Part shown: piece after piece, positions 52,769 to 59,259 of the stretch
How the letters are laid out: the number at the start of each line of letters is the position of its first letter
Position numbering within the stretch: the stretch's first letter is position 1
The notes under the pieces: model-generated
Databases searched by the model: none
Told to the model about the DNA's origin: nothing
Seen by the model: the letters and a program-made list of their open reading frames with translations, nothing else
From: Thermoplasmata archaeon
GTDB taxonomy: Archaea; Thermoplasmatota; Thermoplasmata; UBA10834
Length of the DNA stretch: 59,259 nucleotides
NCBI GenBank assembly: GCA_025457815.1
Contig: JALOTQ010000002.1
Span: 1 to 59,259 of the forward strand
Direction: 5' to 3'
Position numbers and translations under genes: made by a program

Positions 52769-53553
52769 CCGGCTTCGTGGATCTGTTCACGGAGGCGAAC
52801 AGCGCGCTTCACAGAATGGACCCGAGGGTGAAGATCGTCGCCGTCATCCTGCTCTCTCTGCTCGCCCTCATCCTGAGCGAGCTGGCGTACCTTCTCGCCC
52901 TCGCAGCTTTCATGGTCCTGCTTCTTCTGATCGGCCGGGCGAGCCTCTCCAAGACCATGTTCGCGTTCAGCTACGTCTTCAGAGTGATGATCCTCATCGT
53001 CGTTCTCTGGCCCATATTCGACCCTAGTGGCGCGACGGTTCTCCTTGAGCTGGGCCCGGTCAAAATAACCTGGGAAGGGGTGCTCGACGGCCTTGGGACC
53101 GCAATCAGGGTGTTCTGCCTCGCGGCCGTTTGGTACATACTGATGTTCACCACATCCCAACGAGACCTGGTCCGTGCCCTCGTGAAGCTGGGCCTCAGGT
53201 TCGACTTCGGGCTGTCGCTGGCCATTTCCCTGAGGTTCCTGCCGACCTTCGGGGCGACCGTCGAATCCATCAAGGACGCCCAGCGCGCCCGAGGGATGGA
53301 GCTCGACAAGGGCGGCGTGGCCAAGCGCGCGCGCAACTATCTCGCGGTCCTGGTCCCGACCACAGTCACGGCCCTGAAGACCGCTGATATGCTGTCCCTG
53401 GCGTTGCAGTCGAGGGCATATGGGGCAAGGGCCGACAGGACCTATCTCAGGGAACTCAGCATGCGGCCGGCGGACTATGTGGCTCTGGCCGCGGTCGCCG
53501 TGGTCTTCGCGCTCTCCTTCGTGGGCAGGTATCTCTTATCGGTGCCCCTCTGA
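52765..53553 (+). CDS. ecfT: ECF transporter transmembrane component EcfT (CbiQ family)
   Basis: Overlaps the ecfA2 stop. Polytopic, with coupling-helix motif 'ARGMELDKG' following 'SIKDAQRARG'. Confidence 0.85.
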   Translation: MTGFVDLFTEANSALHRMDPRVKIVAVILLSLLALILSELAYLLALAAFMVLLLLIGRASLSKTMFAFSYVFRVMILIVVLWPIFDPSGATVLLELGPVKITWEGVLDGLGTAIRVFCLAAVWYILMFTTSQRDLVRALVKLGLRFDFGLSLAISLRFLPTFGATVESIKDAQRARGMELDKGGVAKRARNYLAVLVPTTVTALKTADMLSLALQSRAYGARADRTYLRELSMRPADYVALAAVAVVFALSFVGRYLLSVPL

Positions 53554-53616
53554 ATGGGCTCCCTGCCCCCGCGTGGAGGGTTTAAGTAGCCGCTGGTTTT
53601 CTTGGTCCACGTTCGA

Positions 53617-54165
53617 ATGGAGAAGAACGAAGGTGAGAGAAGGCCCCCGCCGGCACCGGCCAGGTTCGTGTCGCCCAAGGTGGTCGCTCTCTACGCGATA
53701 CTCACCGCGCTGACGACCGCGGTCACCATGACCCTAGTGATACCTCTCCCCACGAGGGGTTACTACAACGTCGGCGAATCCATGGTGTTCTTCGCGGCCT
53801 TCACGTTCGGCTGGCGGGCAGGCATGATCTGCGGAGGCATCGGATCAGCGGCCGCGGACCTTCTCCTCGGGTACGGGTTCTTCGCGCCGATAACCCTGGT
53901 CGCGAAAGGCAGCGAGGGCCTCGTGGCGGGCATCATAGGCAATATCAAGGGCGGCGCTCCGTGGGCGAAGATCGCCGGAATATGGGCCGGCGGCTCGTGC
54001 ATGGTGGCCACCTACTTCTTCGCAGAATGGATATTCCTGGGGTTCGGGGTCGCCCTGACGGAGCTCCCGGCGAACGTGTTCCAGGTGCTGCTGGGCGGTC
54101 TGATAGGTCTGATGCTGTCACAAGCAGTCGCTGTGTACCGCAATCCGCGCCCGAAACAGGCCTGA
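53617..54165 (+). CDS. ECF transporter substrate-capture (S) component, substrate unknown
   Basis: About 180 aa with 5-6 TM segments. 'TMTLVIPLPTRGYYNVGESMVFFAAFTFG' and a position immediately after ecfT. Confidence 0.65.
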   Translation: MEKNEGERRPPPAPARFVSPKVVALYAILTALTTAVTMTLVIPLPTRGYYNVGESMVFFAAFTFGWRAGMICGGIGSAAADLLLGYGFFAPITLVAKGSEGLVAGIIGNIKGGAPWAKIAGIWAGGSCMVATYFFAEWIFLGFGVALTELPANVFQVLLGGLIGLMLSQAVAVYRNPRPKQA

Positions 54166-54182
54166 AGAAAGGCTCTAGGGAC

Positions 54183-55667
54183 TCACTTCTTGAGCTTGCC
54201 CAGCTCCTTCTCGCCGATCCTGTCCCTCGGAAGGACGCGCTTCACTGAGCCCATGGCCCACATGCCGAAGTTCATGAACCATCCAGGGAGCGAGATGCCC
54301 AGCCTGGTGCCGGTCTCCACCATCTTCCCCGGGTTCATTATCCCGTACGGGTCCAGAAGGTCCTTCATCCTCCTGATCATCCTGGCCCCGTCCTTCCCGC
54401 GGTACTTCGCGAGGTTGCCCGCGAAGAATATCCCCAGGCCGACAGGCCTCCCGCCGTTCTCGAACGCAAGGTCCCCCAGCCGCTTTGCGAAGCCCATGGC
54501 GGCCGTGGAAGCGACGAGCTTGTGCTCGTCGGTCAGGTAATATGGCATGTACATGACGGTGTTCTGGTCCGCGACCGTGCCGATCAACGGCGCGTTCATC
54601 TTCATCTGCTTGATGAGCTTGTTCATACCCTCGAGCACGACATTCATGCGGTCTATCGGAACGAGTATTTCGCCCGGGATAGCGCCCACGCCGAGCTCAC
54701 GGACCCTGAACTCGTAGCTCCTCTCGGACCACTCGTGCTCCGCGGTCTCCTTCGGAAGCTTGCTCGCGCCCGCGGCGGTCATGATGTCGTCGATGATCTT
54801 CTCTTCCATGTCCACGGAGGCCTTGGACCCGTCCAGGGCCATCGTGATCATGCATCCCACATCGGGCGCGTGCTTGCCTATCGCCCTGAGGTAGTCGAAG
54901 TGCAGCCTGTCGCCGAACATAATGTGCATAGGCCTCGCGCCGCTCCTGACCAGCTTCTTCAGCGCAGGCTGGAACATCGCGAAGTTGTCGAAGGAATAGC
55001 TCACGACCCTGAACTCCTCGGGCCTGGGGAGCACGGAGAACGTGACCTCGGTCACTATGCCCATCGTGCCTTCCGCGCCTACGAAGAACCAGTTCAGATT
55101 GGGCCCTCCGCCGTTCTGCGGGACGTACTTGTCGCCCGTGTGGACGACCTCGCCTGTCGGCAGCACGACCTCGAGGTCCCTGATGATGTTGCCCGCGGTC
55201 CCGTACTTGAAAGCCCCAATCCCGGTACCGCCAGTACTTATCCAGCCGCCGAGCGTGGCCGACGGGGCGCTGCTCGGATAGCACGGGAGGAACAGCCCTT
55301 TCGCGGCCAGGGCCTCGTCCAGGGCCTTCCATGTGATGCCTGGCTGGACCGTCACGATGAGGTTCTCAGGGTCGATGGCGATGATCTTGTTCATGCCGGT
55401 CATGTCTATGGAGGTGCCTCCCTTGACAGGGGTCGAGCCCCCAAGGCCCCAGGAGCCAGCTCCTCGAGGGACGATCGGCTTGTTCTTCGAAATGGCCTTC
55501 ATCACGAGCTGGACGACGTCCTGCGTGTATTGTGGCCTGGCGACGCTATCCGGCATCGTCTTGAATAGCAGGTCCATTTCCTTCGGCAACGGTGCCATGT
55601 CGTGGCTGTACAATCTCCTTTCCATCTCGTCATTCGAGGTTTCCATCTTGAACACCTTTGAATGCAT
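54183..55667 (-). CDS. FAD-linked oxidase (GlcD / D-lactate dehydrogenase-like)
   Basis: FAD_binding_4-type 'PIVPRGAGSWGLGGSTP', 'IIAIDPENLIVTVQPGITWKAL', and a C-terminal FAD-oxidase domain. Confidence 0.82.
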   Translation of the reverse strand: MHSKVFKMETSNDEMERRLYSHDMAPLPKEMDLLFKTMPDSVARPQYTQDVVQLVMKAISKNKPIVPRGAGSWGLGGSTPVKGGTSIDMTGMNKIIAIDPENLIVTVQPGITWKALDEALAAKGLFLPCYPSSAPSATLGGWISTGGTGIGAFKYGTAGNIIRDLEVVLPTGEVVHTGDKYVPQNGGGPNLNWFFVGAEGTMGIVTEVTFSVLPRPEEFRVVSYSFDNFAMFQPALKKLVRSGARPMHIMFGDRLHFDYLRAIGKHAPDVGCMITMALDGSKASVDMEEKIIDDIMTAAGASKLPKETAEHEWSERSYEFRVRELGVGAIPGEILVPIDRMNVVLEGMNKLIKQMKMNAPLIGTVADQNTVMYMPYYLTDEHKLVASTAAMGFAKRLGDLAFENGGRPVGLGIFFAGNLAKYRGKDGARMIRRMKDLLDPYGIMNPGKMVETGTRLGISLPGWFMNFGMWAMGSVKRVLPRDRIGEKELGKLKK

Positions 55668-55872
55668 TGAGCGCGAGGGCTGAGAACGCTCCCCCGCGGA
55701 TGGTAAGCGCTCATTCCCAATAAACCCTTACGTCTGACTAGGGCAGCTGGGAGCCAGGATTGAGGGCCCCAGGCCGATTCGGAGCGGCTTCACGTGAAAA
55801 AGTTCTTATCTCCCCTGATGGTGAGTGTATTCACATACTGCGCGCCATTTGCGCGACGCGAGGGGGAGATTC

Positions 55873-56745
55873 ATGGCGTACACTCTGAGAATGCTTGCGC
55901 TCTTCGCAGGCCTCATGGCCATATTCACAGCGATAGGATGGCTTCTGGGCGGCCTGTTCATGGGGGACTGGGTTACAGGGGCCCTCTTCTTCTTGGTGCT
56001 GGCCGGAGTCATCAACTTCGTCAGCTACTTCTGGAGCGACAAGATAGTCCTCTGGTCATACCGGGCCAAGATAGTCTCCCAGGCGGAGCAGCCGAGGCTG
56101 TACAACACACTCAACAAGATCTGCCTGAAGGCCGACCTGCCCATGCCGCGTATGGCGGTGGTAGCATCCCCGACCCCGAACGCCTTCGCCACCGGCAGGA
56201 ACCCGGACAGGGCGGTGGTCGCCGTCACCGAGGGCATCATGTCGATGCTGACTGATGACGAGCTCGAGGGTGTGCTCGCGCACGAGATGGCCCATGTCAA
56301 GGGCAGGGACATACTGATCATGTCCGTAGCCGCCACGATCGCCGGGGCGGTGTCCTTCGCGGCCAGGATGGCCTGGTTTGGTTCCATGGGACGGAGCAGC
56401 AGGGACAACGGGGGCGCGCTGATACTGCTTCTCGTGGCCATCACCGCACCGATCGCCGCATTGCTCCTCAGGCTGGCGATCTCGCGCAGCGGGGAATACA
56501 GGGCAGACAAGGAGGGCGCGCTCATGATCCAGAGGCCACTGGCGCTGGCCAGGGCCCTCGAGAAGCTCGAAGACGCGAACAGGCGGAGGCCGATTCAGTT
56601 CGGCAGCCCGGCGTCTTCGTCGCTGTTCATCGTCAATCCGTTCAGGGGCGAGGGGCTCGTGTCCTTGTTCATGACCCACCCGCCGGTCAGGGCCAGGGTC
56701 AGGCGTCTGCAGCAGCTCGCCCAAGACACCGGATTCATCGGCTGA
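55873..56745 (+). CDS. htpX: Membrane zinc metalloprotease HtpX (M48)
   Basis: ATG 55873. 'NAFATG', 'HEMAHVKGRD', 'SRSGEYRADKEGA', 'THPPVRARVRRL'. Confidence 0.9.
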   Translation: MAYTLRMLALFAGLMAIFTAIGWLLGGLFMGDWVTGALFFLVLAGVINFVSYFWSDKIVLWSYRAKIVSQAEQPRLYNTLNKICLKADLPMPRMAVVASPTPNAFATGRNPDRAVVAVTEGIMSMLTDDELEGVLAHEMAHVKGRDILIMSVAATIAGAVSFAARMAWFGSMGRSSRDNGGALILLLVAITAPIAALLLRLAISRSGEYRADKEGALMIQRPLALARALEKLEDANRRRPIQFGSPASSSLFIVNPFRGEGLVSLFMTHPPVRARVRRLQQLAQDTGFIG

Positions 56746-56751
56746 GCCGAT

Positions 56752-58044
56752 TCATCCAACCTTTTCCCATTTCTCAAGCTTCATCACGCTTGACAGGGTG
56801 CCGCCCTTCCGTATCTCCTCTCTGACCCTGTTCTCCCGCTCCATCACATCCAGGGCGCGGTTCGCCACCTCTACGGCGTGCTCCTGCGGAACCACAACCA
56901 CTCCGCTCTCGTCCCCGATGACCCAATCGCCCGTCCTGACGGTCACACCGCCGCAGACGATCTCATGGCCGATCCCGCCATAGCCCTTGGGCTCCCCAGC
57001 ATTGGAGGATATGTGCCTGCTGAAGCACGGGAAGTCCATCTCAACTATCGAGTCAATATCGCGAGCGGCGCCGTCGATCACGACTCCGACGACCTCCTTG
57101 GTCTTGCAGCTCCACGAAGCCAGCTCGCCCCAGACGGCGATCTCGCCAGCGCAGGCGTCGATGACTATGACATCGCCGGGCCTCGCCCGGTCGATTGCCT
57201 CGACCGGTTTCGCCCAATCCCCGTTCACGGTGTTGACGGTCAGCGCCCGTCCGACCATCTTGACGCCGTGGCGAATCCTGGGGTGGATGCCCTTCATGGC
57301 GCCCTTCTTATGCTGTGCATCGGCGACGTTGCACGACGAGACCTTCGAGAATGCGGCGAACAGCTCCTTGTCCGAGTACTTCTTGAAGAGGTCCGTAGCG
57401 ACAGACTTCCCGGTCGTGATGGCCTTCTTCACCTTGCGCGCAGCCCCGGCCACGTCCTTCGCCTTTATGATGGCCCCGCCCACGATCACTATCGATACGC
57501 CCGCCCTCACCACGTCGGGCGCGGTCTCGCTGTTGATGCCGCCCGCGGCCGCGATCGGTATGCCGACCGCCTTCGAAAGGCCCTTGAGTTCCGACAGAGG
57601 CGTGCCACCGACCATCTGCTCGTCCACGCCAACGTGGACGCAGATGTAGTCCGCACCCATCTTCTCGACTTCTCTCGCCCGGGCCGCCTTGTCCTTGATG
57701 TTGAACAGGTCGACCATCACCTTGGCGCCGTACTGTCTGGCGCTCAGGATGGCCTCGGAGATCGTCGGGTCCGACGACACTCCGAGGATGACGACCACGT
57801 CCGCGCCGGACTTCGCCGCGATCTCAACCTCGGCTCCCCCGACGTCGATGGTCTTCATGTCAGCCACTATCGTGTGCTTCGGGAACGCCTTCTTGAGGTC
57901 GCGGACTATCTGCATCCCCTCGCTCTTGATGAGAGGGGTGCCCGCCTCTATCCAGTCAGCTCCTCCCTTCACGGCGTCGGCCGCAATGTTGAGCGCGCGG
58001 TCCCCGTGGACCAGGTCCAGGGCCACCTGAAGAACGGGTTTCAT
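56752..58044 (-). CDS. Fusion of 3-hexulose-6-phosphate synthase (HPS/OMPDC family) with an RraA-like (class II aldolase/decarboxylase fold) domain
   Basis: N-terminal half: 'LQVALDL...WIEAGTPLIKSEG...IVADMKTIDVGGAEV...VHVGVDEQ...AAAGGI'. C-terminal half: 'SSCNVADAQHKKGAM...GRALTV...PGDVIVIDA..GEIAVWGELAS...GVVIDGAARD'. TTTTTAAT lies about 27 nt upstream of the ATG (minus strand, 58068-58075). Confidence 0.85.
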   Translation of the reverse strand: MKPVLQVALDLVHGDRALNIAADAVKGGADWIEAGTPLIKSEGMQIVRDLKKAFPKHTIVADMKTIDVGGAEVEIAAKSGADVVVILGVSSDPTISEAILSARQYGAKVMVDLFNIKDKAARAREVEKMGADYICVHVGVDEQMVGGTPLSELKGLSKAVGIPIAAAGGINSETAPDVVRAGVSIVIVGGAIIKAKDVAGAARKVKKAITTGKSVATDLFKKYSDKELFAAFSKVSSCNVADAQHKKGAMKGIHPRIRHGVKMVGRALTVNTVNGDWAKPVEAIDRARPGDVIVIDACAGEIAVWGELASWSCKTKEVVGVVIDGAARDIDSIVEMDFPCFSRHISSNAGEPKGYGGIGHEIVCGGVTVRTGDWVIGDESGVVVVPQEHAVEVANRALDVMERENRVREEIRKGGTLSSVMKLEKWEKVG

Positions 58045-58155
58045 CGCCTCGAAGACCTCGTTGCAACATTAAAAACATTGTGCGGGTCCGCACTGACTGG
58101 TTGGCAAACGCTGGAAGAAACAATAATATGATGTCCACGGCATACTCAAGAAGCG

Positions 58156-58905
58156 ATGCCACAGAGGACAGGCGATCGGGAGAGGTGCTCCACCGGCATT
58201 GACGGCCTCGACACGATCCTCTACGGCGGCATACCCAGGGCCAATACCGTGCTTCTGACCGGTAGCTGCGGGACCGGCAAGACCTCCTTGGCTCTGGAGT
58301 TCCTGATACACGGTGCGGTGAAGGGCGAGAACTCGCTGTTCGTCTCCGTCACCGAGAACTCCGAGAAACTGCTTGTCAACATCATACCGTACAAGTTCTT
58401 CGACAAGAACCTCGTGAAGTCCGGGAGGCTCGTGTTCGTCGACCTTCCGGTCATGTACGAGCGCCTTGGCCTGACGAAGGCTGAGCTCAGCATGGAGGAG
58501 GTCGACCTGCTCGTGTCCGCCATCACGAGCCTCGCCAGCGAGCTGCAGACGAAGCGGCTGGTGATAGACTCGATCACATCCGTGTGTTACAAGCTCAAGA
58601 CCTCCGAGAAGATCAGGGACTTCATCCTGAAGCTGGGCAAGTCGCTCTCAGACCTGAACTGCACATCGATACTCGTCGGCGAGGTCGCTGCCGACTCCAC
58701 CTCATACTCCAGCTTCGGCGTCGAGGAGGCAATCGCTGACGGAATCGTCCTGATGGCGAACATGGAGCGCAGGGGAGACCTCCTCAGGACCCTGCAAGTG
58801 ATCAAGATGAGGGGCACGATGCACTCAAGGGCGAAATACGTGCTGGACCTCACGCCGATGGGCGTCCTGTTGGTGCCCCTGCTGAAAGGAGGCAGCACAG
58901 GATGA
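58156..58905 (+). CDS. KaiC-like / RecA-superfamily ATPase (single domain), second copy
   Basis: 'STGIDGLDTILYGGIPRANTVLLTGSCGTGKTSLALE', 'FVSVTENSE', Walker B 'RLVIDSIT', 'IKMRGTMHS'. AATAATAT lies about 30 nt upstream. Confidence 0.9.
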   Translation: MPQRTGDRERCSTGIDGLDTILYGGIPRANTVLLTGSCGTGKTSLALEFLIHGAVKGENSLFVSVTENSEKLLVNIIPYKFFDKNLVKSGRLVFVDLPVMYERLGLTKAELSMEEVDLLVSAITSLASELQTKRLVIDSITSVCYKLKTSEKIRDFILKLGKSLSDLNCTSILVGEVAADSTSYSSFGVEEAIADGIVLMANMERRGDLLRTLQVIKMRGTMHSRAKYVLDLTPMGVLLVPLLKGGSTG

Positions 58906-59259
58906 CGCCCGAGATGGTGAGCGCCCAGGAGATTGCGGCCGAACTCGCCCAGACGCCGGCATCGTCGGCGGTCTCGCTCCAGATGAGCGTGGACAACTAC
59001 CTGGACGTGATCAGAGGAGTGCTGGACCTCTACGCGAACAAGAAGGAGATGGACACGATCTACGTGACCGCGACGATCTCATCGGACGCGATCAAGAGGG
59101 TCCTTGAGGCGCTCGACATCGACTCCTCCAGAATCTACTTCGTGGACTGCATCTCGCACATAATGATGGGCGCCTCGACCACGCTCCAGGACGACCGCAC
59201 GACCCTCGTCGAGAGCCCGACCATGCTAGAGAACATCATGCTCAAGGTGGAGTACCTCA
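58902..59259 (+). CDS. Partial CDS (runs off the window): probable P-loop-less KaiC-associated partner
   Basis: ATGA overlap with the KaiC-like stop. My translation is MTPEMVSAQEIAAELAQTPASS...VLDLYANKKEMDTIYVTATISSDAIKRVLEALDIDSSRIYFVDCISHIMMG... There is no Walker A in the 119 aa visible, and the layout is reminiscent of DUF835. Confidence 0.55.
   Translation, partial: MTPEMVSAQEIAAELAQTPASSAVSLQMSVDNYLDVIRGVLDLYANKKEMDTIYVTATISSDAIKRVLEALDIDSSRIYFVDCISHIMMGASTTLQDDRTTLVESPTMLENIMLKVEYL

Overview
Gene-dense, GC-rich archaeal chromosomal segment with about 65 protein genes on both strands. I found no rRNA, tRNA, CRISPR array or mobile element. The marker set indicates a euryarchaeon-type lineage, possibly Thermoplasmatota-like, but I cannot verify this without searches. 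The markers are PolD small subunit, a complete A1AO ATPase operon in the order H-I-K-E-C-F-A-B-D, TFB, Gar1, Orc1/Cdc6, PriS, TiaS, EndA, prefoldin alpha, ribosomal protein LX, FtsY, CDC48 and HflX. Arg codons are AGG/AGA-rich. Most of the window is housekeeping, and the long antisense ORFs in the track are GC-driven shadow ORFs. The regions worth a second look are: (1) a translationally coupled V4R / KaiC-like ATPase / P-loop-less DUF835 operon ending in a corrinoid adenosyltransferase, with a second KaiC-like plus P-loop-less partner module at the 3' edge; (2) a ~1160-aa FG-GAP surface protein with an archaeal type IV pilin-like signal peptide, divergent from a wHTH plus degenerate STAND-like NTPase; (3) a membrane-tethered wHTH protein followed by a repeat-decorated intergenic region and a small secreted Cys/Tyr/Asp/His-rich peptide gene; (4) a pyrrolysine-free MttB-family methyltransferase behind an APC permease; (5) a probable replication origin with ORB-like repeats next to orc1/cdc6; (6) an HPS-RraA fusion. 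First genes of transcription units repeatedly show a TATA-like box about 27-30 nt upstream of the start codon, which implies leaderless mRNAs. Internal operon genes carry GGAGG-like ribosome-binding sites. All family assignments come from motif recognition by eye, not database searches.
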